From: Thermodesulfobacteriota bacterium
GTDB taxonomy: Bacteria > Desulfobacterota > Syntrophorhabdia > Syntrophorhabdales > JANXAF01
Direction of reading: 5' to 3'
NCBI GenBank assembly: GCA_025062045.1
Contig: JANXAF010000008.1
Location: 13,975-77,974, forward strand
DNA: 64,000 bases
The notes below the pieces were generated by a model, which saw nothing but the letters and a program-made list of their open reading frames with translations, was not told where the DNA came from and made no database searches. The position numbers and the translations under genes are program-made. Positions 1 through 7,961 of this stretch are shown one piece after another. Every line of letters begins with the position of its first letter. The first letter of the stretch is position 1.

Positions 1-195
1 TCCAAATGTACAGATGCAACACATGTCGCAGAAAGGAGCGTAAAATGGTTTGTACGTTTTGAGCAATCTCATATCCCAGTTTCTCAGGTCTGAAAGTTCT
101 GGCATAGGCGTAGGACCTACAGGTTCCCAGTTGAGTTCGGCCTTAATTTTCCGATAAACCTCTTCCAGCCTTTTGCTTAACTCTTTCAATTCCAT
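1..195 (-). CDS. cdhA: CO dehydrogenase catalytic subunit of the CODH/ACS complex, archaeal CdhA-type (N-terminal ~65 aa only; gene runs off the left edge)
   Basis: Reverse translation of 195..1 gives [65 protein letters not shown]. The C-x2-C-C-x-C cluster and its flanks match my recollection of the ACDS alpha (CdhA) N-terminus, not the CooS/AcsA pattern. GGGAGGT SD lies 8 nt upstream of the ATG at 195, and the ATG overlaps the acsD stop. Absent from the ORF track because it is truncated. Confidence 0.6.
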   Translation of the reverse strand, partial: MELKELSKRLEEVYRKIKAELNWEPVGPTPMPELSDLRNWDMRLLKTYKPFYAPFCDMCCICTFG

Positions 196-1124
196 ACTTT
201 GTTACCTCCCAACGTTTCTTTTACTAGCTTTAGTGTTTCAGGATGCCGCAATACTAAAAGATTTGCCCCTGCCAGAAGCAGTGTGATGGCAGTTATTCCC
301 TCCCAAAGGATTCCTTGAGTCTTATTTTCCTTTGCCTGCTTTGTCTTCCAGCACTCACCACCCAGATTAGCTATAAGTGGCATCATTGTCATGGTGTCCT
401 TTGTGATGATCCCTATCTGCTTTACCCTTTCCATGATAGAAAAACTGTACTCTATACCATAGCCAAGTGCAGAGGACAGAGGATCGATTACAACCCGTTC
501 AGGCGGGAGAGTCTTGCAGAGCTTGATGTTCAGTTCCTTAAGGAGATTTATATCCAACGGGCTTTGCGCAATAGCCGCATGACCATTATCCAGAATGGCC
601 TTTCCCAGTATCTCATAATTCTCTTTCTGCACAGGACCGATGAGGAGATTTTCTCCGTTACAGGCCTCGGCTACCTTTGCGAGCACTTCGCTATCTTTCT
701 TTTCATCCCCGCATCCGTAAACGATTAGTGGTTTTTTAAGCTCAGAGAGCAATCTCTGAACAAGGTTCACTGCCACGTCTGGTGGGGTGTCCTTTTCCGC
801 AGGATCAGTACTCACAAGCGTAAGGCAAATCGCATCGGCTCCATACTCCTCGCAACGTTTTGCCCATGCCACAGGATCTTTTAGGTTTTCGCCAAACGGT
901 TCCCTTAGAAAGTCAGGCCAATCATGTGGTTCCATGTCTAGCACTTCTAAAGCGAATCTGGGAGGATTAGGGGCTTTTCCCTCATCAAAATAGTGGAATG
1001 GCAGAATGTTCTCCCCACCTATTTTTAAGGTTTTATCTCCCTTTCCGATCACAATTTCTCTCACAACCCCGGTGTATCCTTCCTTGGGTAATTTAAATTC
1101 CATCTCTACCTCCAAAGTTGACAA
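186..1124 (-). CDS. acsD: Corrinoid iron-sulfur protein small subunit (CODH/ACS delta subunit, AcsD/CdhD)
   Basis: The 312-aa ORF aligns along its length with the remembered Moorella AcsD ([22 protein letters not shown] motifs). The track start at 1124 is TTG. The ATG at 1103 (MEFKLPKEG) is preceded by GGAGGT and is the more likely start. Confidence 0.85.
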   Translation of the reverse strand: MSTLEVEMEFKLPKEGYTGVVREIVIGKGDKTLKIGGENILPFHYFDEGKAPNPPRFALEVLDMEPHDWPDFLREPFGENLKDPVAWAKRCEEYGADAICLTLVSTDPAEKDTPPDVAVNLVQRLLSELKKPLIVYGCGDEKKDSEVLAKVAEACNGENLLIGPVQKENYEILGKAILDNGHAAIAQSPLDINLLKELNIKLCKTLPPERVVIDPLSSALGYGIEYSFSIMERVKQIGIITKDTMTMMPLIANLGGECWKTKQAKENKTQGILWEGITAITLLLAGANLLVLRHPETLKLVKETLGGNKVWN

Positions 1125-1147
1125 AAATTATTCTAAACTTATAACCT

Positions 1148-2035
1148 TCACATCTCAAGCCAAGCATCAGAATAGAGCGTCTCTCCCATAAGGACCTTGG
1201 CGGTCTTCACGTACTCAATCTCCTTTGGGGTAAGGACCGACATGTCTATCTCTTCTTTGTCCATAACCTTGTATATAAGTTCCCTTATGTTTGGCAACCC
1301 TCCTCTCGCAAGTAACATTAGTTCTTCGTCCAAAGGATCTGCAATTGCAGAGTAAAGTCCGCATCTTTCCAGCATAACAAGATAGGTTCTGTTTATGAGT
1401 GGCCTCAAGTGGTGAGGAACCCCGTTAGAGGTATTAGACAATCCAACAGTAGATTTCACACCAGGTAAAACCTCGGGCAGAATTTTTATAAATTCAAGAT
1501 TCTCAACTGCTATCCTCTGGCCTTCACCCGCTGTACTTACTGGAAGAAGTATGGGATCTATCCAGATATCTTCGTTGGGAATCCCAAGGTCATTTGCGTA
1601 TGCAACAGTATCGAGAACGCTTTCAACCTTGCTTTCAAGATCAGGGGGCATTCCTTTATCAGTCATAACCGATATCACAACGTCACAGTTATATTTTTTT
1701 GCCAGTGGCAACATGTTTTGCTTAGAATCGGTTTTTCCGGATGCCGAGTTAAGAAGAGGCCTCCTTTTGCAGTATTTGAGACCCGCTTCCATGGCAACGG
1801 GATTCATTGTGTCGATGGAAAGAGGAAGGTCGACAACCTCCTGAACACACTCCACAAGCCACCTCATTGTCTCCTCAGTATCCTTTTTGACTGGTCCTAC
1901 GTTTAGATCAAGGTAGTCAGCGCCGGCTTCTTTTTGTTTGATTGCCAGCTCCTGTATCACTTTCGCATTCCTTTCTCGTATCGCCTGTGAAACCTCCTTC
2001 GCAATCACATGTATATTCTCGCCTATAATAATCAT
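1148..2035 (-). CDS. acsE: Methyltetrahydrofolate:corrinoid/iron-sulfur protein methyltransferase (pterin-binding domain)
   Basis: 295 aa. N-terminus MIIIGENIH...LDLNVGP, plus GLSNxS and PLINRTYL motifs, as in the remembered Moorella AcsE. ATGA overlap with the upstream Fe-S gene. Confidence 0.9.
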   Translation of the reverse strand: MIIIGENIHVIAKEVSQAIRERNAKVIQELAIKQKEAGADYLDLNVGPVKKDTEETMRWLVECVQEVVDLPLSIDTMNPVAMEAGLKYCKRRPLLNSASGKTDSKQNMLPLAKKYNCDVVISVMTDKGMPPDLESKVESVLDTVAYANDLGIPNEDIWIDPILLPVSTAGEGQRIAVENLEFIKILPEVLPGVKSTVGLSNTSNGVPHHLRPLINRTYLVMLERCGLYSAIADPLDEELMLLARGGLPNIRELIYKVMDKEEIDMSVLTPKEIEYVKTAKVLMGETLYSDAWLEM

Positions 2036-2697
2036 GAATCCCCTCCTTCGCTTTTTTCTTCCCCCTTAAAAGTGAAAGCCCCAACAGGGCATATACGTAC
2101 AAAAGCATCGATATCTCCGCATTTTGTCGTGCCTATCGGTGCATCTAGAAAGGTTGTGACCCGTCTTTTAAACCCTCTATATGCGAAAGAGAGACATTCT
2201 AAACCGAGCTTGGAAGACAGATACACGCATTTTCCACACTGAACACATTTGTTCGGATCGAAAATAAAGACCCTGGATGAGCGATCTATTGGATAGGCGT
2301 TTAAAAACTTTTGATACTTTTCAGTTTTTAACCTTATCCTCAAAACCTTGGAAATTTTCTGGAGCTCGCAGACCCCATTCTTTCCGCAATTTCCACAGTC
2401 AACAGGATGGTTGCTCATAATAAGTTCAAAGGCGGTTTTTTGGAGTCTATATGCTCTTTCCCCTTTGGTCGTCACTCTCATACCGTCCTCTGTCTTAGTC
2501 GTGCAGGCGCATTTGGGGTCTGCCTCTCCTTCGATCTCCACAAAACAGAGTCTACAACACGCAGGTTGCTCGTCCTCTTCCTCTATGAAGCACAGATTTG
2601 GAATGTAGATACCGTTACGGAGAGCTACTTTTAAAAGATTCTCCCCGCTTTCACAGCGCACTTCCTTTCCATCTATCAACAAAGTGGCCTCTGGCAC
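2032..2697 (-). CDS. Small Fe-S protein resembling the N-terminal module of NuoG/FdhA/[FeFe]-hydrogenase ([2Fe-2S] plus His-ligated [4Fe-4S] plus [4Fe-4S])
   Basis: 221 aa. Cys pattern CF..x..CCRLC..CAC (plant-type 2Fe-2S), then HPVDCGNCGKNGVC (H-x3-C-x2-C-x5-C), then CVQCGKC...CP. 1-nt gap to the folD stop and ATGA overlap with the acsE start. Confidence 0.7.
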   Translation of the reverse strand: MPEATLLIDGKEVRCESGENLLKVALRNGIYIPNLCFIEEEDEQPACCRLCFVEIEGEADPKCACTTKTEDGMRVTTKGERAYRLQKTAFELIMSNHPVDCGNCGKNGVCELQKISKVLRIRLKTEKYQKFLNAYPIDRSSRVFIFDPNKCVQCGKCVYLSSKLGLECLSFAYRGFKRRVTTFLDAPIGTTKCGDIDAFVRICPVGAFTFKGEEKSEGGDS

Positions 2698-2698
2698 T

Positions 2699-3586
2699 TT
2701 ACTTTATTCCCGCGTGGAGCTTCAAGGCCTTAAGAGTGTTTACCATCAACATCGTTATAGTCATAGGACCGACACCGCCAGGAACGGGAGTAATCATGCT
2801 GGCCTTCTCCTTTACGGCATCGAAGTCAACGTCTCCACAAAGCTTAGCCTTTCCGTCGGGAGTTGTGCCTATTCGGTTCACACCGACATCTATCACGACC
2901 GCTCCTTCTTTTACCATGTCTGCAGTTATGGCTTTGGGCTTTCCAGCAGCCACGATGAGAATGTCAGCCCTTCTCGTATGGGAGGCAAGATCTCTGGTTC
3001 CGGTATGACATATTGTTACAGTCGCATTTGCCCCTTTCTGTTTCTGGATCAAGATATTGGCAATGGGCTTTCCAACGATATTCGACCTGCCCACCACAAC
3101 TACGTCCGCACCCTCAATCTGAACTCCAGAACGTATAAGGAGCTGCTGAATACCTGCGGGTGTGCATGGAAGAAAGTCGGGCTCCCCAATCATGAGTTTA
3201 CCCACATTTACAGGGTGAAAGCCGTCCACATCCTTTTTAGGATCGATGGCGTAAAGGATATTGTTTTCATTTATGTGTTTTGGAAGGGGAAGCTGAACTA
3301 AGATTCCGTGGATATTCGGATCCTTGTTGTATTTATCTATCAGTTTAAGAAGCTCCTCTTCGGTTATGGTTTCTGGTTGGTTTTCCTGAACCGAATAAAA
3401 ACCGAGTTCTTTTGCGGTTTTCTGTTTTCCGGTCACGTAAGAGACAGAAGCTGGATTTTCCCCAACAAGGATCGTCACTAGTCCGGGAACAAGGTTATAT
3501 TTTTGTTTTATCTCTTCAACCTCCTTTTTAATCTCTTCCCTTATCTGCTGGGCTATCTCATTCCCATTTATTATTTTCGCAGGCAT
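2699..3586 (-). CDS. folD: Bifunctional methylenetetrahydrofolate dehydrogenase / methenyltetrahydrofolate cyclohydrolase
   Basis: 295 aa. Canonical FolD features are present: ASxxYVxxKxK, VQLPLP, DVDGFHP, PCTPxG, VVVGRSNIVGKP, TPVPGGVGPMT. Confidence 0.95.
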   Translation of the reverse strand: MPAKIINGNEIAQQIREEIKKEVEEIKQKYNLVPGLVTILVGENPASVSYVTGKQKTAKELGFYSVQENQPETITEEELLKLIDKYNKDPNIHGILVQLPLPKHINENNILYAIDPKKDVDGFHPVNVGKLMIGEPDFLPCTPAGIQQLLIRSGVQIEGADVVVVGRSNIVGKPIANILIQKQKGANATVTICHTGTRDLASHTRRADILIVAAGKPKAITADMVKEGAVVIDVGVNRIGTTPDGKAKLCGDVDFDAVKEKASMITPVPGGVGPMTITMLMVNTLKALKLHAGIK

Positions 3587-3608
3587 TTTCTACCCCCATA
3601 AATAGATT

Positions 3609-3631
3609 AACCCGGTCACGAGGACCGGGTT
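3609..3631 (-). promoter_or_regulatory. Intercistronic GC-rich stem-loop between fhs and folD (9-bp stem, 5-nt loop)
   Basis: AACCCGGTC-acgag-GACCGGGTT is a perfect inverted repeat 7 nt after the fhs stop. On the mRNA strand it is followed by AAUCUAUUUAUGGGGG, not a clean U-tract, so it is not a classical terminator. Confidence 0.35.
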
Positions 3632-3637
3632 TGACAC

Positions 3638-5425
3638 TTAGAATAGACCCATGACTTTGCCGGTATTTACGTCCACATCTATCCTTCTGTAAGCTGGATC
3701 AGAACCAGTTCCAGGCATAAGGCTTATCGTTCCGGTCATGGGACACACAAATTTCGCACCTGCAAAGATGAGGATGTCTCTGACCGGAAGGATCCATCCT
3801 TTTGGAACACCTTTCTTTGTGGGATCGTGGGAGAGACTCAAGTGGGTCTTTACCATCATCGTCATGAAGTCTTTCATGTTCGGGTCGGACTCTATCTTTT
3901 TAGCCTTTGCCTCTGCCTCCGGTGTCCAGGAAACTCCGTCGGCCCCGTAAACTTCCTTCGCTATCACTTCCACCCTCTGCCTCAGTGGCATTTCAAGAGG
4001 ATAGAGGAACTTAAACTCAGTTTTCTCGTTACATGCGTCAAGGACCGCATCTGTGAGTTCCAACGCACCTTCTCCACCTTTTAGCCAGTGTTCAGATACT
4101 GCGCATCTCGCGCCCGCCTGTTCGGCATATTTCTTAACAACGGCTATCTCTTCTTTTGTATCGGTGTGGAAAGTGTTAATGCAAACAACCGGGGTGATTC
4201 CTGCCTTCTTTATAATGCTTAGGTGGTGGAGCATGTTTTCGACGCCTTTTTCTACAAGAGCTACATTCTCCTTGGTGTACTCTTCAGGAAGTGGCCTTCC
4301 AGGAACAACCGTCGGTCCTCCTCCATGCATTTTCAGTGCCCTGATCGTTGTAACGAGAACGGATACGTTAGGTACAAGCCCACTCAGTCTACATTTCACG
4401 TTCCAGAACTTCTCAAATCCAATATCAGCACCGAATCCACTCTCTGTTACATGATAGTCGAAGAGTTTGAGCCCCAATTTGTCTCCGATTATTGAAGATT
4501 GACCTACCGCTATGTTCGCGAAGGGTCCGGCATGAACAAGACATGGCTGATACTCAGTTGTCCACATGAGTGTCGGATGAATCGTATTTCTCATCCAGGC
4601 ACACATTGCGCCCGCTACTTCTAGATCAGAAGTTGTTACAGGATTTCCTTTCATATCGTAGGCAACGATTATCTTCCCTATTCTTTCGCGCAGATCCTTA
4701 AGATCGGTGCATATGGAGAGGATTGCCATAAGTTCGGAGCTGACAGTAATCTGGAATTTCGACTGCATCATGTAACCATCCATCTTTCCGCCGATTCCTA
4801 TAATTATGTTTCTTAATGCCTGGGCGCAAAAGTCTATTGCCCAACCCATCTCAACCGCTGTGGGATCAATGTTAAGCCTTCTTAGCCCTCTTTTCGCCAG
4901 TTCTGCATCATCGTAGTTCCTTTCGTGCTGCATCCTTGCTGTTAGAGCAACCATAGCTAGATTATGAGCGTTCGTTATGGCATCGATATCTCCTGTAAGC
5001 CCGAGTGAGAATTCCGTCATGGGGATAAGAAGCGCTTTTCCTCCGCCAGCTGCTGTTCCTTTTATGTTAAAAGTAGGTCCTCCGGACGGCTGTCTGATGC
5101 ATCCTCCAACATTCTTTCCTCTTTTGCCAAGACCTTCAATAAGCCCCATAGTTGTTGTTGTCTTACCCTCTCCGAGAGGCGTGGGTGTTATGGCTGTCAC
5201 CTCAATGTACTTTCCATCAGGTCTGTCTTTTAACCTTTCCATTACCTTCATATAATCGATTTTGCAGAGCCTTCCGTAAGGAATGATCTCGTCCTTTTTC
5301 AGTCCGAGCCTGTCCTGGGCCTCTTCAAGAGTGGGCATTGTCTCTTCCGCAATTTCCGCTATCTGCCAGTCAGCAAGCTTTCTTGGGTCTGCCTCTTGGT
5401 ATCTTTTGGAGATTGTAAAAGGCAT
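3638..5425 (-). CDS. fhs: Formate--tetrahydrofolate ligase (formyl-THF synthetase)
   Basis: 595 aa. Hallmarks include [12 protein letters not shown] (P-loop), the [12 protein letters not shown].. region and the C-terminal GxxxGLF. AAGGAGGA SD upstream. Confidence 0.95.
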   Translation of the reverse strand: MPFTISKRYQEADPRKLADWQIAEIAEETMPTLEEAQDRLGLKKDEIIPYGRLCKIDYMKVMERLKDRPDGKYIEVTAITPTPLGEGKTTTTMGLIEGLGKRGKNVGGCIRQPSGGPTFNIKGTAAGGGKALLIPMTEFSLGLTGDIDAITNAHNLAMVALTARMQHERNYDDAELAKRGLRRLNIDPTAVEMGWAIDFCAQALRNIIIGIGGKMDGYMMQSKFQITVSSELMAILSICTDLKDLRERIGKIIVAYDMKGNPVTTSDLEVAGAMCAWMRNTIHPTLMWTTEYQPCLVHAGPFANIAVGQSSIIGDKLGLKLFDYHVTESGFGADIGFEKFWNVKCRLSGLVPNVSVLVTTIRALKMHGGGPTVVPGRPLPEEYTKENVALVEKGVENMLHHLSIIKKAGITPVVCINTFHTDTKEEIAVVKKYAEQAGARCAVSEHWLKGGEGALELTDAVLDACNEKTEFKFLYPLEMPLRQRVEVIAKEVYGADGVSWTPEAEAKAKKIESDPNMKDFMTMMVKTHLSLSHDPTKKGVPKGWILPVRDILIFAGAKFVCPMTGTISLMPGTGSDPAYRRIDVDVNTGKVMGLF

Positions 5426-5457
5426 GACTCATCCTCCTTGTGGGTTTTTTGGTAACA

Positions 5458-5473
5458 AGTGATATTTGTCACA
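5458..5473. promoter_or_regulatory. CRP/FNR-type palindrome TGTGA-N6-TCACT in the fhs leader / divergent promoter region
   Basis: Plus strand reads AGTGATATTTGTCACA, which is TGTGACAAATATCACT on the fhs strand (9/10 match to TGTGA-N6-TCACA). It lies a few nt downstream of the predicted fhs -10 element. Confidence 0.3.
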
Positions 5474-5483
5474 TTCTGGTAAT

Positions 5484-5512
5484 TATTAATAAATGGAGAA
5501 GGAATTTGTCAA
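5484..5512 (-). promoter_or_regulatory. Putative sigma70-type promoter of the fhs operon
   Basis: On the minus strand: TTGACA (5512..5507), 17 nt, TTAATA (5489..5484). This leaves a ~50-nt leader carrying the palindrome and a strong SD. Confidence 0.35.
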
Positions 5513-5556
5513 TAAAAATTTTGTGGCTCGAAAACGACTGAGCTAGAATATTTTCC

Positions 5557-5586
5557 TTGATTTTTCCCGAACCGAGTTCGTAAAAT
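5557..5586 (+). promoter_or_regulatory. Putative promoter abutting the HD-domain gene start (leaderless geometry)
   Basis: TTGATT (5557..5562), 18 nt, TAAAAT (5581..5586), 7 nt, ATG at 5594. No SD in the gap. Confidence 0.4.
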
Positions 5587-5593
5587 TGATCCA

Positions 5594-6148
5594 ATGGACA
5601 GAGAAAGCGCGCTAAGTATCCTTCGGTTGTATCTAACTAATCACAATCTTATAAAACACAGTTTGGCAACTGAAGCATGTATGAAAGGTCTTGCGTCTCG
5701 ACTAGGAGGAGATGAATTAAAGTGGGGACTTTGTGGACTCCTCCATGACATTGACTATGAAGTCGTAAAAGGAAATATGAAGATGCATGGCATAGAAGGG
5801 GCGAGGATTCTAAAAGAACACGGATTTGATGAAGAGATATGTAATGCTGTTCTATCTCACAATGACGTACACGGCATATCTCCTTATTCGCTTATGGCGA
5901 AAGCTCTCTTTTGTGTTGACCCTCTCACGGGCCTTATCGTTGCCGCAACTTTGGTTTTGCCTTCAAAAAGTATAAACGACCTAAAATGTGAAAATTTACT
6001 CAACCGTTTCAAGGAGAAAAATTTCGCAAAGGGAGCAAAAAGGGAGATAATTTCAAAGTGCAAAGAGTATCTCGATATGGACCTTTACGAGTTTTTTTCC
6101 ATATGTCTCGAAGCAACAAAACTAATAGGAAAAGACCTAGGTCTTTGA
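5594..6148 (+). CDS. HD/HDIG-domain metal-dependent phosphohydrolase
   Basis: 184 aa with the H...HD...H..D signature (LLHDIDYE, LSHND). Confidence 0.8.
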   Translation: MDRESALSILRLYLTNHNLIKHSLATEACMKGLASRLGGDELKWGLCGLLHDIDYEVVKGNMKMHGIEGARILKEHGFDEEICNAVLSHNDVHGISPYSLMAKALFCVDPLTGLIVAATLVLPSKSINDLKCENLLNRFKEKNFAKGAKREIISKCKEYLDMDLYEFFSICLEATKLIGKDLGL

Positions 6149-6169
6149 AACAATACTCGTTTGAAATCG

Positions 6170-7150
6170 CTAGACTCTCTGATTTCTGAGGATATTTGCC
6201 CCTTCCTCAGGGGTAAGTGTCGTTACGTAAAATTCATCCTCCCTTTTATATCTTGCGGTCCTGTAGTCCCTAGGCATTATCTCTACATGCCAGTGGAAAT
6301 ACTCTGAAATGGGTATACTTTTCTCAAAGTCGAGTCCATATCCTTTCTCGTTGGGTGATGTATGGTAGACTATGGTATAGGCATTGGTCAGCCTTTCTAT
6401 CCTTTTCATTACGTCCATAAGAATTTCCGCAAGAAGGCTAAGATTTTCACCTCTATCTGTATTCTCAAAGTTAACCTCGTGAATCTTCGGCAGAATCCAA
6501 ACTTCGAATGTAAATCTCGAAGCAAACGGACAGAAAGCGGCAAACCGGCCATTTTCCGTAACTAGTCTCCTTCTGTCCTTTAGCTCCTGCCTGATTATGT
6601 CACAGAAAAGGCATCTCTCTTTTCTTTCGTAGTGAGCTTTCGCATTTTGGATTTCGTTTTCTATCCTTTTAGGAATGATGGGCGTCGCAAGAATGTGGGA
6701 ATGGGCATGGAATATTCTTGAGCCCGTAAGTTCGCCGTGATTTTTAAAGATCTGGATATATTTGAACCTTTTATCCTTTTTTAAGTCCAAGATTCTCTCC
6801 TGATAGAACCTCAAAAGTAACTCCGTCTCATCTTTTGTAAAACGTGAAAAAACTTTCGTATGTTCGGGCGTCTCAACAACTATTTCATGAGCCCCGGGAT
6901 TTGACATCTTATCGTACATCCCTTCCGCTCGTCTCATTTCCTCGACTTCCGCAATGAATAAAAAGTCCTTTGAAGGAAAACACCTTATCTTCCAGTTACC
7001 AAACTCATCCTTAACTTCTCTTATCGTGTCCGGTGTTAGATGTTCGTTTCCAGGACAGAACGGGCATAGTTCTCTATTTAAAATCGGAATGTATTTATGC
7101 CCGACTATGACCCAGTCCCCAGAGACCGGATCCTTCCTTATTTCGGTCAC
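6170..7150 (-). CDS. Galactose-1-phosphate uridylyltransferase-family (HIT superfamily, GalT-type) nucleotidyltransferase
   Basis: 326 aa. CPFCPGNE zinc motif near the N-terminus and HAHSH (H-x-H-x-H-like catalytic motif). N-terminus EIRKDPVSGDWV is typical of the family. Start codon is GTG. Confidence 0.8.
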   Translation of the reverse strand: MTEIRKDPVSGDWVIVGHKYIPILNRELCPFCPGNEHLTPDTIREVKDEFGNWKIRCFPSKDFLFIAEVEEMRRAEGMYDKMSNPGAHEIVVETPEHTKVFSRFTKDETELLLRFYQERILDLKKDKRFKYIQIFKNHGELTGSRIFHAHSHILATPIIPKRIENEIQNAKAHYERKERCLFCDIIRQELKDRRRLVTENGRFAAFCPFASRFTFEVWILPKIHEVNFENTDRGENLSLLAEILMDVMKRIERLTNAYTIVYHTSPNEKGYGLDFEKSIPISEYFHWHVEIMPRDYRTARYKREDEFYVTTLTPEEGANILRNQRV

Positions 7151-7156
7151 GCAATG

Positions 7157-7185
7157 ATAATACCGGAACTGGGCCTTCGTGTCAA
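7157..7185 (-). promoter_or_regulatory. Near-consensus promoter abutting the GalT-like gene start (leaderless geometry)
   Basis: Minus strand: TTGACA (7185..7180), 17 nt, TATTAT (7162..7157), 6 nt, GTG at 7150. No SD. Confidence 0.5.
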
Positions 7186-7275
7186 AGAGTATTACGATTA
7201 TATCAGTACTTTTTGTAGGCCAGATTGTTAGGCTTCTCCAATGTAGAACTTTTTGGTTACTCTTTTTTATAAATC

Positions 7276-7304
7276 TTGCCAGATAGCTAAACTTTTGATA
7301 ATTT
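7276..7304 (+). promoter_or_regulatory. Putative promoter of the YkgJ-like gene
   Basis: TTGCCA (7276..7281), 17 nt, TAATTT (7299..7304), 12 nt, ATG at 7317. No SD. Confidence 0.3.
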
Positions 7305-7316
7305 GTATTTCATGCC

Positions 7317-7961
7317 ATGCATGGCAGGTCTTTTCTCGAATATGTCTCTTTAGAGGTTCTGAAACTTTACGAGGAAATAGACGAAAAGATCGCGCTTTTT
7401 AAATCAGAGACAGGGATCGATTGTGTTAGAGATTGCGGTGAGTGTTGTTGGAAAGGTCGCGCAAAAATGGTACCACTCGAGTTTTTACCGCTTGCTTTTG
7501 AGTTATTCAGAAGAGAACTCCTCTTTAATTACATCGATATCATAAAAGGTAAGGAGAACGACGTCTGTGTGTTTTACCGAGGAGATCTTTGCGATCCGAA
7601 GAAAGGGTTCTGTAGTTTTTACAGATTGAGGGCTGCAACGTGCAGACTTTACGGATTTGGGTTCAAAAGGAATAAGTACGGCTTTTACGAGCCAGTAATG
7701 TGTGACTATCTAAAAGAGAGATATTTAAGGAGAGGTTTAGATTTGGAAACTCTTCCTTTGGTTGACTATGATTCAATCATGATTAGATTGGTCTCCCTGT
7801 GTTTCCCGCTCGGTCTTGAAAGATACCCTGTAAATCAGGCTATTTTGGTCGCGCTAAATAAGGTGGCTATCCTTGGGTTGGCCAGTTTTACCCATGATCA
7901 CTATGAGGGCTACTCCGATAATAAAGAAGGAGCCCAGTGTAAGAAAAACCGTGTTAATTGA
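7317..7961 (+). CDS. YkgJ-family cysteine-cluster (putative Zn/Fe-chelating, CxxCxxCC) protein
   Basis: 214 aa with CVRDCGECC plus further Cys pairs. The 3' end overlaps the convergent MFS gene by 108 nt. Confidence 0.55.
   Translation: MHGRSFLEYVSLEVLKLYEEIDEKIALFKSETGIDCVRDCGECCWKGRAKMVPLEFLPLAFELFRRELLFNYIDIIKGKENDVCVFYRGDLCDPKKGFCSFYRLRAATCRLYGFGFKRNKYGFYEPVMCDYLKERYLRRGLDLETLPLVDYDSIMIRLVSLCFPLGLERYPVNQAILVALNKVAILGLASFTHDHYEGYSDNKEGAQCKKNRVN

Noticed and set aside
2684-3301. 205-aa ORF antisense to folD (and the similar 2598..3008 ORF)
   Set aside because: It lies opposite a canonical FolD gene, has no family resemblance, and is a typical shadow ORF.
5426-5483. Possible ZTP (pfl) or THF riboswitch in the fhs leader, since fhs and folD are frequent ZTP-riboswitch targets
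   Set aside because: The predicted leader is only about 50 nt. It lacks the conserved GGGUCGUGAC... / CCGCCUGGGC-type elements I remember, and only the CRP-like palindrome and the SD are present.
5493-5546. 17-codon mini-ORF (MEKEFVNKNFVARKRLS) in the fhs/HD divergent spacer
   Set aside because: It has no SD and overlaps the predicted fhs -35 region. It is too short to support from sequence alone.
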